Origin: Botryllus schlosseri
Taxonomy: Eukaryota
Length of the DNA stretch: 64,000 bases
Reading direction: 5' to 3'
Assembly: GCA_051294905.1 (NCBI GenBank)
Contig: CM119375.1
Span: 2,852,001 to 2,916,000, forward strand
A model generated the notes under the pieces. It was not told the DNA's origin. It saw only the letters and a list, made by a program, of their open reading frames with translations, and made no database searches. Every line of letters starts with the position of its first letter. Within the stretch, counting starts at the first letter, position 1. The translations under genes and the position numbers were made by a program. Of this stretch, positions 47,796 through 59,787 are shown piece by piece.

Positions 47796-48410
47796 CATCA
47801 TCATCATTGGTTTATTAGCAATTTTATCAGTTCAATACACCACAAAAATGCGATACAATGAAAAGACAGGAAGATGTCGAAGCGACAAGGAGTAGTCTAT
47901 GGAATCTGACACCCACCTTGGCCTAGGCGATGTAAAGAGGAGGCATGCACACTGAATGAAAGTAAAGAAGATAGTATAGAAGAAGAATGCGACAAGAAAT
48001 AGGGCGGCATGTCATGGGAAGCGAGATCGATAGGTCAGTCGTGGTCCGGTAATCTTGAGGATGGACTGTATTTATTTAGTAGTAATTGCTTGTATTTCGA
48101 CTTGAATGTGGACATGCTCGTCGACTGTCGGATGGCCGGCGGGATACTGTTCCACACATCAGGTCCGGCATATTTGATGGAGCGATGATCTTTTCGGTCG
48201 ATCATATGATATTTGGACGACGTGGACGCGCGTGTGTTGTACTTGTGTGCTTTTGATTCAGAGGTAAAGAAGTCATTGAAATATTCGGGGCAACGACCGC
48301 AGTGAAACTGATATACATAAACTTGGCGATTTCTAGTTTCCGCATATCTTTTATGTTTAGGACGCCGAATCTCTTCAGCAGCGACTTATTGGAACTTGAA
48401 CTATACTGTA
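47796..48410 (-). mobile_element. 5'-truncated LINE copy F (ORF2 C-terminus plus 3'UTR)
   Basis: SNKSLLKRFGVLNIKDMRKLEIAKFMY, then after a 2-bp insertion QFHCGRCPEYFNDFF..HKYNTR..SIKYAGPDVWNSIPPAIRQSTSMSTFKSKYKQLLL; AATAAA at 47816-47811 and an (ATG)n tail. Confidence 0.85.
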
Positions 48411-48677
48411 GATGAAAGCTCATACGAGATGGACAAAATAGTTTCCGTGGGCTGATCGCTGTTGGAAAAGGAAAAGGTGAAAATTTTCTAGTTGACCAAG
48501 TATCGCCGCATGCTCCGGAACCAGAATATATTCGTAATCGAAACATTCCTGATATTTTTAAAACTGCGAATGGCGTGACCAAAGCACACATGGTACGACT
48601 GTGGGGTTCGACGCCTTCCAAAATGTTAAGAACCACTGTTGCAGAACAATTAGCTTACACTACAATAGGCAGCCATG

Positions 48678-51600
48678 CTAATTGTGTGGATAACAGAATT
48701 TCTGCCGCTTCCTACAAAAGGTGATTATAAGTACAAGACTAACAATCATTACGAAAGCGGTCACAGATAGAACTACAACTATAATTGTAGTTGATGACCC
48801 AACGCCTTGGGATGGTTTGGTAACATCTTCAGCGGGTGCTTCAATTGATTCTTGACTCAGCTTGATAACTTGCTGGGTTGGGGCCGGCGTAATGGGTACC
48901 GGATGGTCGAGGTAATGCGCGAGTGTTTGTATGATGAAGTGAACTTGCTGAAAAAGGTCGTGGGATTCGACTGTGTGTCGTGCGGCCGCTCCGACGAGGT
49001 CGACGTCATCGTAGGTTAACATTCCGGAGTCGATGATGTCGTCGCCTATTTCAGTAACGACCTGAAAGGAGTAAATAAATATTTACCTGGTTGTACTCAT
49101 ACGCGACATGAGAAACTATTTTGCTGTCATGGGCTGTAAAGGTAATATCGAGGCCGGTAGAGGGCGATGTTAATCATGTTTCGGTTTCGTCCATTATCGG
49201 CATGGATTTTTACTGGATAGGAACATCGTTAGAGGCGTACACTTTGAACCAGCAGTGGTTCACAACTTATGTATGGAGCCGCAGCATGAAAAGGCCAAAG
49301 TACTCTTAACGAACATTTTGAAGCATGTACCTCAGGATTACACCATTGAGATTATTCAAAATCAGGCACATATAGACTTCAATTGATTCGGGTATTTTAG
49401 TAGGCCTATTGATAGACGCAGATTGTCGAGTGCTACTCATTGAAACTAACTGAAAATGCATATCATTACTAGCCTACTATATATGTCATTATGTGATATC
49501 TCTCCATACATACCGGTACCTAATGTATATGTTTGCGGGGGATTATACGCTGAGTAATATAGGACTTCTTGCGATTTATACTTGACAATGAACCGTTATT
49601 GTGATAGTTATTTCATTACCTAGCAGTGAGTGAGAATGAGTCGAATATACCTAATCCTATGGAGATATCTCAGGGGTGTAGTGGGTTTTGCTTTCGTGTA
49701 TCACCTCAAGAAATTCCCAAAAGAACCTACATCTATCAGGTTTCGTGTATTTTGACTAATTAGGTGATTGACGAGACATTGGTATAATGATTTATTGTAA
49801 CCTGTTGGAATTATCGGAATTTGGCGCATTACCAGATTTGCTAACCCGTAGGAATATATTTCTTGGCATGTATTGCTCACCGCATGGTCCTGTAGCGATA
49901 TCACAATAATGATCTCTTGCTGGCATTCCGTATCATCCGCTTTCCAATGACTCTCCTGGAGCTCCTCCGCGAATTTTCTGATCACGTTCAGTCTAGACAG
50001 GCCGTGTCTAGAGAAAAGTACATCGTTAGTACGAAGTAACGGACTCAAAACTCATTGCCGTGATGTCTGGCAATACGTATATACTGTACGTTGAGTATAG
50101 TATCATACTGGAGTCGGACCGATACCGATCAAACTGATAACTAGCATCTTCACCGATTTTCGAGTCGATATTATCGGCGAAACGATTATATAATCGGTCG
50201 GGCTCTGAGTGAAAACAGGTCCATCTTCTCCACCATAGCAAGCGGCAATTGGGATAGGGTTCATGGCAACCCCGTGTAAAATAGGGCCTAAAACAGTGGT
50301 TTTCAACCTTTTCCGATTGCGAACCGGTAAAATATTATCGCAATTCTTGAGGACTTTCAAAAATCAAAATCAATCTAGACTAGAATTTAATAAAGACAAA
50401 GTCATAAGTCTGCATTTTATGAACTCTAATTATAATCACAACAGAAAACTTTCTAGAATACGTTCTAAATTTTAGAACCAGTCTAAATTTGATGTTTTAT
50501 TTCTCTAATCATTGGGCAAGCTTCCAGTTTTAGATGCAGAAAATCGCAAACTGTGTATATTTGTTTTGACATCTCCTGCCGTAAAATGAACTATAATGCT
50601 ACTCACGGATTTCGCAGTTTTTGGATCACCGCCACCAGGATAATTGCGTTGTGGACGTAACAGCGTCTGTTCGGGCATGGACAGTGGCTGTGGTTTGCAG
50701 CATTCCATAACTCTTTATTCAGTCTGTCCGCAGCTTTGGGTCCTACAGAGAGAGACAGATCGCGTATACCGCTAAGGAACATGCTGTGGTTTTTGTGAAT
50801 AAAGTGGAATATTATAGCAACCTAAGAGTAAGGTACACCACAATGGCCGTGATTGGGGAATTATATGGTCAACCCTCGATTGCGAATTCGTGATGTTATC
50901 AAATCACAAACTTGTGTAACCCATGCTATTGATATAGATATCTGGTGATTGGATGAGGCACTTTTAGTCTGAGCGTCTATAAACGTCTTTGCATAGTTCT
51001 ACTACGAGTCCTTACCATAGCGTGTGTGTGTGTGTGTATATTACTCAAGATGTACTTTAGAGATTCTCAAGTTATGAAATTTTCTAAAGGTAAGGGGCTG
51101 AAATCTAGCTGTAACGAAATAATATTGGATCACTATGGAAATACGTAGATATTCATCAGATGACAGATATTGTGGCGCCCAAATCTCGTTAGGTTAGTGC
51201 CAAGGTGTCAATGTATAGCGTTTTCGTTTTTTTCATTGTATATTATAGTGTAATTGTGACTATTATTCCGTGTGCAGCACAAACAAGATGTTAACTTTTG
51301 CCGCATTTTCAATCTAATAGATTGAAATGAATTTATATGGTGTGTCTGCAGTCTGCATATTCCGTTCAAAAGGATTTTTATGTAGGCCTACGTATTAGCT
51401 ACTGACCTATTCACAGATCAAATCAACAATACGACACGTAATTAAGTTTGTGACGATAGTATCACTGATATTAGTTAAATATGATTCGGTCTTCCTCACC
51501 TCCTCCTATACTGGTGTTCAGGAAAACCCCGTCTGGGTCGCAAAGCCAACCGGATTCCGAAATCCCACAGCGTTCCGGCGCGTATCTTGGATCGGGCATG

Positions 51601-51731
51601 TCCCTAGCTTCCCACCCCGTGACTGTAGCCGTGACCGAGCTAGTATCCGCTTCGTAAGCTTTGATTACTGAACCCCAGGTAATGTGGTACATTGACGCCA
51701 CCAATAGTGTCATAGAGATAATTGCATACAT
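48678..51731 (-). CDS. MOLO-1-like TPM-domain single-pass membrane protein, 292 aa; exons 51731-51500, 50742-50607, 50007-49881, 49061-48678
   Basis: All introns are GT-AG with matching phases (1, 2, 0); sum 879 nt = 292 aa + stop. N-terminal hydrophobic signal; WEARDMPDP..RCG..WLCDPDG; CPC..RC..IILVAVIQKL; KFAEELQESHW..C..IIIVISLQDHAVVTEIG; TM IIVVVLSVTAFVMIVSLVLIITFC followed by RKRQK. Confidence 0.85.
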
Positions 51732-53539
51732 ATTGCTTAGTTGCGTTCAAACCTGAAAAATTCCAAGCGTCTTGAGAACGTAATCGTTAAACGTTATTGA
51801 ATATAATTATTGTAATCCCTGAAATAATGTTAGCGTAATTCTACCGCGAAGATAATTGTTGTACTTCTGACTACAGACTGTTTTGTAGTATTGTGAAGCG
51901 ATTGTCGACCACCAAGCCGCCTATACAGAGCGTGTAGCTAGAATATTGAAGTAAATAGCATGCGTAACGTTACGAAGTCTATATCCCTCATAGCATAAGA
52001 AATCAACTTTAATTATGTTTACCAAATTTATCGAACGACTAATATGATGACAAAGGCGATTTTTGACATCTTTTGACATCACGAAACTTTTAGACAAAAT
52101 CTGACTTATGAAGAACTCAAGTGTTGTTAAGTTACGCAACAATGTATGAAAAGTCGAAATTTATTGCGGAACAACAGAGGTACGTTGCTGCATTTTGTGA
52201 TAGTCAGTCATTTATTGAAATTTTAACGATTCAAAAGAACCACAAGATTGCCATATAATGAAAATGGTACGAACAATTTTGACTTAGTTTACCCTTCAAA
52301 AATTAATCGTCTTAACGGTAACAACTGGCATGAATTTTATTAACACTGCCCATCAGTGTAGTTTGTTATTCATCGATAAGTTAAGAAATCACGAAGAGAG
52401 TACCTTAACAGATACGTTATTCATGGAACGTTAATGTCGACCTAACCAACCGAAACCGAACATGAGAGTATACTTCGCTTATTTATGCCTCTTTGCCTCG
52501 ATTCGGAATGGCATGTGTCCCTGACCAGAGTCCATGGATGCCTGACTCAGTTGACATCATTGTAAAGCTCAACAAGGCTCAGTAACGTAACGAAATTCCC
52601 GCTTCAAACTATATTACCGATACTAGAGATAGTGTGGAAATGAGACTCTTTGAGACTGGAAAAACATAGATTCTAAAGCGAGACGTCGTCTTATTCTTGA
52701 AAATCAGCAAAATAACATGATGTAAGTTTTTCCATCGAAATAGTCCCAACAAACTACATGGTGACGGACGGAACTATTTCCATTAATTAAATCGTCATTG
52801 AAAGCACGAACTGCTATAAATTGTCGATCGCTGCATCACCTGCATCAGTCTCTGCGTTCCTATTACTGACGGATCAAACTAGCAATGATGCGATATGTAT
52901 ATGATTATTACCGAGTTCGAAAACACATCCGCACACCTGGAGGTACAGATGCAACCTGTTATTGATTCTATACTTTCAATTCAACTATTCAGCATCAGAT
53001 AACGCAGATCAAAGTATACTATTACAACAACGAATTGGTTTTCACTTTCCTACTTAATATGCATGCTTTTTTCATCAATCCTCGCATCGTATTCGGTGAT
53101 GTGGTGATATTTCATGAGTCATTGCTGCCATCAGATTGTGTTTTCGCGAATGGTTAGATACATACAAAGAACGCACATTTGCTGATTTTTGATTCCACAG
53201 AACAATGTTGATGTTACGTGAACTGGTGCTGTAATTCGGTTGCAGTTTCATCAGAAATATATTATATGAGTCAGAACAGCATCTGCAATATCCCCAAGAT
53301 ATTTCTCCTTTCTCTGCGCCACATCCCGAATTCATATAGCATCGATTATTCGCATATGGCCGTGGTGAGTTGTGCTTCGAACTAATCAAGCGTATGTTGG
53401 TATTCCTGGGCAATAATGTGAGTAGTAACGTTACGTACACGTAGGCTGCTCTGAATATCGGACGAATTAGGGGTGGCAGATTGTGCTGTTCTAATTAGGG
53501 CTGGTCGAAATCTAGTACCTGCCTGATATGATGCAGAGT

Positions 53540-53798
53540 ATAAGCCTTCAAGGTTTTCGGACCACGACCTGACATATCGATCTCGCCTTCAGCCACATGG
53601 CGCCTCTTTTTGTCGCTTATGTTTGATTACTATATCTTCTTTTAATTCTCATTCAGTGTGTATGGCCCAGTCACAGGTGGGTGTCTGATTTCAAAGACTA
53701 CTCCAAGTCGTTTCAACACCTTCGTATCTTGTCATTGTATCGCAGTATTATGGTGTATTGATCTGATAAAATTTTCAATAAACTGAACCGAACTGAAT
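53540..53798 (+). mobile_element. LINE 3'UTR-only copy G
   Basis: ggaccacgacctgacatatcgatctcgccttc..caggtgggtgtctgatttcaaagactactccaagtcgtttc..aataaactgaaccgaactgaa. Confidence 0.85.
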
Positions 53799-54139
53799 AG
53801 TAAAAATAACTTGAAAAGTTGAAATATGAACCTTATTGCGTCCACAAGGAAAATAATGCCAGCTACACGCCATTAAAAGCACGCTTGTATTTCCTGACTA
53901 TGGTCATTTCATCACGCTTCGTATGCTGGTCTGTCCATGCTGGGAGTTGATCAGAGAAAATTCCTTTCCATGAATATTCGTAACCTTGTGCTAAATGTTT
54001 TGTACGCTAAAATGCGGCCAATAGAGGTTTCAACGTTGCCAAGACGGAAAGACAGTGTCGAAACTGTATGAGTCGTTGGCCAAACTCTAGTCAGTCTAGC
54101 TAGTGCCGAGAGCCTATCAGTTGCCGAGAGCCTATCAGC

Positions 54140-54502
54140 CAGAGTTGGACAACTAGAAAATTCTCAGCTCTTCCAAATTCAATTACAATTACAATTATAA
54201 CTTCAGTTTTTCCACAAATTAGATTAAAATTACAATTACTGAATTTGCAAAACCTTGGTTATTGAATTAAATTCTGTAAGGCATACAACAGAAAGTCAGT
54301 TCAGCTCGTATCAAATCATAGTTCAATTTCATAAGCGCGAGAATGGCGAATGTCTGTACAGCAAGCTTGGCTCGTTTCGCACCATACAGTTCTCCTGAAG
54401 CGTTTCAGGAAAACCAGAAATTAGATTAGAATTCAAATTAGAGCATAGACCCATTTCACAAATTTTATCATAATTAGATTACCGGCAATTCGCTCCAACT
54501 TG
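54140..54502. mobile_element. MITE (AGAGTTGGACAA-ended), same family as 10408-10741
   Basis: Colinear homology; preceded by a tandem duplication of tgccgagagcctatcag (54104-54138). Confidence 0.7.
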
Positions 54503-55139
54503 TCTAATTACACAACTAGATTTATCGAGCCCAAGTCTGCTATATAAATTCGTTACTTATAACCGATTCTTACTACTCAAATATTTAAAATCGATATTCG
54601 ACTAGGATTCTAATGCTTAGATACTTGTGCCCAGCCATATCGATATAATCTAATCACCACTTCATTTGTTCTGGAACTTGCGACTATAAAACGATAGTGT
54701 GGCATTATCGATCCCACAGACGTTTGCGAATCGATCGATATACCACAGAAGATCTGAGATTATCGCCACATCTGTAGAGCGTGAATTTGGATACTGGCAA
54801 GTTCAAATATAATCATTCAGATTCGTGATTATGTGTAGATGGCTGAGAATAATTACTTTGTCTAATCACGTTCGCTTGTGCACCTGCACAAATGCCTGAG
54901 TACGCGCGGAATGAAGTCCTTGCAAGCCGCTAATCAAGTTGTTCAGCACTTGAGCACGGTATGGATTCTGACGTCGGTCTTCGAAGAGGCTAAACTTTAT
55001 TTTGAGACAGGATGAAATTAACTTGCGCTTTGTTATTGCATAATGGAATCGGTATGTATACATCTATAGTACATCACTGTACTATCACTAACATCATTAG
55101 TGAATGAATTTGCCTCTGATTTTCAAAACATGATATGTC

Positions 55140-55229
55140 AAGTCGAGTAGAGTCATTTCCCATTTTTAAGAAGATACCGCGAGTCAATTTGAGTCAACGA
55201 AAATTGCAACTCGAGTCATTACAACCCTG
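55140..55229. mobile_element. Right-end fragment of the CAGGGTTG/GACTCGAGTC MITE (copy 6)
   Basis: ..actcgagtcattacaaccctg. Confidence 0.75.
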
Positions 55230-58200
55230 ATATACATACATAGGAATGGACTACTTGAAGCGACATTAGCATGCCCAGTACACTAGGCCCACGCGCTTTA
55301 GACGGGCTCAAACCAGATGGTACGACGGTACGTGTACCCAGAAATATATGAGCCGTGTATTTGTCATTATTGCGTCACAACGACAAAATTCTTTCTATAT
55401 TTCGAATTTGATCAACTGCATTTACTGACGTTCGCTCCTGATGAGAGGCAGTCCAAAAACTTCGAGTGGAATAAATTTGGCAGCATGAACGTATTGTTTG
55501 CTGCAATATTGAAGTTCTGTACTTCTAAAAGCCTATTTACAGTATAAACTAACTATACCCCATCATATCATACATGAATTGTAAAGAGTCCCATGGTCGT
55601 CTGGAAAAGCCACTCAAAACCACATGCATTATCCTGGCTTCTAGGTCAATTAATACATTATTATATATCGGCCTCGACGGAATACCTGACTCAATTTTAT
55701 CATCTTGGCTTAATCTCCTTCGGTACTGTCTGATCAAGCCGATACCATCGATTTCAGGTAATCGAGTTCAAGACACGGTGTACGATCTTGACAATATATC
55801 AATTATCGAAATCCCGCGAGACGCGCAACAATCCCCGTCCAACGCGCGAATGTCCGTGCCGCAGTGAGATGTCACATCCTAATTATGTTTGTCAGCATTT
55901 CGGGCGCATATCGATCGCGGAGACCCGACAGAAGTGTTTTCGATCATGCAATATCTCACAAGAATAGGAAATTATAGCGCTTTGTTAAAGCTTATCGAAG
56001 TCTTCCCCGTGGGATTTGAAGGTATGAAAATTCGAATTATTCTGCATTATCAGTAGGCTGAGTAAAGTAAACTATGTACCGAATGAAATTGCCCCGCTGA
56101 ACAATGTTCTGTTCGTGTCTGAGTCTTGCGATTACATTTCATTGCATACGGTATAATGGACCCATGTAGATCAATCATACTGTACTGTACATGTACAATG
56201 TACGTATACAATTGAGATCATTATTACTAAGTAGGTATCGAATTAACATGGGTGACGATGAAGAGTTAATAAAAAGCGATAAGCATACACTATATACTCA
56301 GTACTTCTTGTAGACGAACTGCATGTATATTTTATATAGTAATATACTACTGTAGCCTAATGGCACCCGCATGCTGCTGCCGACATTCGAATTATGCTCC
56401 ATTGACACATAACTCCATTTAAATCAAGCGATGTACTCCACCTGTGAGTTGTAATCTCGGTTAACTCGAGATGTTGCGTGCTTCATTAGCTGAACGTCTG
56501 ATCTTACGAATTACAGAGAACTCAATCAATCATAATTTTCGGGTCATTCTACGTTTATAATGTGGTTACTAGTACATCTTCGTAAGATAATTCGGAGATT
56601 TAAATGAGACTCGTATGACGGTTACTATAGTAAATGGGTGGATTTCGTAAAATTGACCAGCGCGAATTCTACTTTACAATGTTTTCTCCTCTTCTAGATC
56701 ATAGAGCTCCGGGAAACGGCGGTGATAACTGGAGCGATGACGCGACCTCACTTACATATTGTGACGAGTGACGACATAGTTTATTTTTTGTGTTTTTCTG
56801 TTAAGGCCGTTTGGACGCTTCAGTCAAAGACGGTGGTTCCAAACCTAGTGTCGTTTTCCTTTATTCTATGGATCGCGAAGATGTTGAACGCAATCATCTT
56901 CAAAAATAGGCCGTGCGTAAGTCTGGGCAAAGGTGCCAACCTTTTTTAGTAACCAGCTTGTCCAATTTCGAGCTGGGCCGCGGAACATTTTCAAATCGGT
57001 AATGGAGTCGCGACCATAAACGGTTGGAAACCACCGGATGTGCGACCTGCTGGAGCGGACGGGCATTCCGGCTCGTAAATAATCTTATCCGATACGGACC
57101 GCCATACGATTTCATCTGGCCTGCGAAAAAATCTGTCGCAGGCAATGAGACCAACTGAGAATAGCAACCCTAGCAATCACCGGAGCTCGCATTAGAGATG
57201 GCTCAATTCAGGACCTATGTTCCACTGCTCTATACAGTCGATAGGCAAAGCATTGCTCATGTGACGTCATATTGACAAACAATGTGTTCGTACTTCATTC
57301 TAAAACCCGCTAAAGAGCGTCTGGAATTTCAGCTACAAAAATATGGTAACCCTAAGCTACATGCTGCACACTGCATACACTTCAGAACCTGCAGATTTCC
57401 ACCAGGTATTATTATAGGGTGTATCGATCTCATTTTAGTGGAGAGCAGATCGCAAAAAGACATGCTTATTGCTTTCATACTGGTGATCAAACTATGTTAA
57501 ACCCACGCTTATTGACTCTAGCAAAGCTCATGTACAACACTTTCATAGCATATTAGGTAACTCTCAATGTAATATCTATGATTTGTCGAGGCGACAGAAC
57601 TACACTAGAATATTTTCCGACCGCTATCCACAACATAGAATCACGTTCTACCCTCATCTATATATGGTCTTAGACAAGCCCATACCGTTTCTTATCTTTA
57701 CAATGATCAAAACGCTTATGGAGCCGAAAGCTTCACCATCCTGTCCTCTTTACACGAATTGCTGTCGCGTTTCATATAGAAATGAGGCTGACGTCTGTTA
57801 TCAAATTTACTATAATTACTAAAGTTCTAGCTTCCTAGCAAAACGCCGAAAATGCTAATTTTCTCGCGCCCCTAGGCAAGCGGAGGTCTGAAAGCGAAGA
57901 GTTGCAAGTTTTAAATCATAAATTTGTTTCCCAAATATGCTGATCCTCGCGAAAGCCCGGCTATTATGTAGTTGTTACAAACCTCGCTACATATAAACCG
58001 TAGGGCTTTTGCTTGTTTGGAATTCGAAAAGTGTTATCGCGGGGAGCAGCTTCCGTGGTGTACTTTCGCTATCAAATCGAGGGAAGTGGAGACAAATTTA
58101 CACCGGAGAATCGGTGGTGGCAATTTGTTAAACTGTCGAATTTGCGCATCAAAGCGATCACGACATATATCAGAATACCTAATTTGCGTCGGTAATGAGC

Positions 58201-58338
58201 CTCTGTTCTTTCAAGTTCTCCGCGATAATTTGAAATTTTTTATTGAGCATTGTATGCAGATGATGCTATATCATATATGGAGTGAAATCCATAAATCAGT
58301 TCTTTCTACATCGATACGATACGATCTAAATTCTAGTC

Positions 58339-58596
58339 CAGAGGTTCTCGACCTTTTTGACCTCGCGGACCGGTAAAACTTCAGACGAAATGTCGTGGAC
58401 CGGTTAACCTTCAAATATATCAATTTTAGGATAAATACGTTCCTGACATCTAAATCAAGTTAGCTGTGGTATCATAATGCTCTAATTATTCGAATAGCGT
58501 CCAAGTTCCTTGAATTGTTGTGTTGAGATATAAAATTCTAATATATTTGGCGGACCGACAGGAAACGTGCCACTGAACGGCGGTTGAGAACCGCTT
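58339..58596. mobile_element. Charlie-like hAT MITE, cargo-free relative of 36797-37644
   Basis: CAGAGGTTCTCGACC...GGTTGAGAACCGCTT; shared gatataaaatt..tttggcggaccg.caggaaa. Confidence 0.7.
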
Positions 58597-58605
58597 ATCT
58601 ATAGT

Positions 58606-58876
58606 CAATACTAGTCAGCACTCAAGATTACCGGACATCGATCTGACATATCACCCCCGTCTATCGACACACGCGTCATTTATTTTCATCATTACTCCGT
58701 TGATGTTATCCCTTATTTCTTTTTATCCAATTTGCAAGACTCTTATTTACATCGCCTAGGCCCAGACGGGTGTCTGATTTCAAAGCCTACTCCAAGTCGT
58801 TTCGGCACCTTCCTGTCTTTTCATTATATCGCAGTCTTGTGGTGTTTGGGAAATGATGAAATTAAACTGATACTGA
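58606..58876 (+). mobile_element. LINE 3'UTR-only copy H
   Basis: aatactagtc..ctcaagattaccggac..cctaggcccagacgggtgtctgatttcaaagcctactccaagtcgtttc. Confidence 0.85.
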
Positions 58877-59569
58877 TAAGACCCTTTATAAATGAAGTAG
58901 GCTCTCTGTGGCTACAAACCAGCTATGATTGGTATTAAATTATTAGGCCAAGTAGCAACAGTTCCTGTTACGCAAGATAGCGCAGAAACTGTAGTCAACT
59001 ATTATCCACATTAACAAGTCACAAACTACACAACTATTCGGAGTCCCAAATAAATAAATCCCAAAAGGTTAGCTGATTCAGTTGACGACTTGATTCTTTT
59101 CACATTTGCACTCTTCCAAAGTAGCTTACGGAAGAATGTAGTTTCTCTGCATACTCAACGTTGGCAGCCGCAACTTCACAATTCATACTGCACCGCCGGT
59201 TCACGACGTCTATAGCCTATTATTTCACTTTGATACCAGTGTACTTATGCAAAGCCGATTTTCGCATTCCTTGGCGATTTTGAGAGGTCTCTGATGGCTT
59301 GACATTATCGACATTTGGGTTTTCGGAATCGGTGCGGCCATGGTATTTAAATGATATGAGTTACTATAAATTTTCAGCTCGGGTCTCTATATCACAGGGT
59401 TAGGCTTGGCTCGTCTCCGACTCACCGCTCCTTTCGCCTTATTCGTGAAGAATACATATCTCGAATTGCGTATTTTTGGGTGCAAAGTGTTCATAATTAG
59501 TCATTGACGAACATCAGTACAATCTCATATAATCATTGATGGTTTTCATAATTTTCTTTTAGAAGTCAT

Positions 59570-59787
59570 CGTTCGTTACTCAAGTCGAAGTAACGTCTTA
59601 AATTCCTACTAAAGTAGAAGCAGACGTGGCGATTTCCAAGTAAATAAAAAATACGTATTCTGGACCTGGTTTTGCCTGAAAACTGAGATTGTCACGTAGA
59701 AGTACAAGTATAGTCTAAAATGTTTGTCACGTGAGAAAATAGGCAAAACTTACTTGAGTAGAACTACTTCGTTACTGACCACCCCTG
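59570..59787. mobile_element. hAT-like MITE fragment with AGTA/TACT arrays
   Basis: Ends in GTTACTGACCACCCCTG (CAGGGGTGG-type TIR); related AGTAGAAGTA arrays at about 2550-2620 and 47400-47620. Confidence 0.5.

Noticed and set aside
48420-48636. N-terminal part of the 144-aa ORF as LINE ORF2
   Set aside because: Homology to LINE copy A begins only at about 48410; the upstream part is most likely the 3'UTR of the MOLO-1-like gene.
50103-50360. 85-aa ORF inside the MOLO-1-like gene
   Set aside because: It is intronic (exon phases close without it) and overlaps CCGAT/ATCGG-rich MITE remnants.
58013-58195. VLSRGAASVVY resembling a kinase glycine loop
   Set aside because: No downstream VAIK or other kinase subdomains and no supporting exons.
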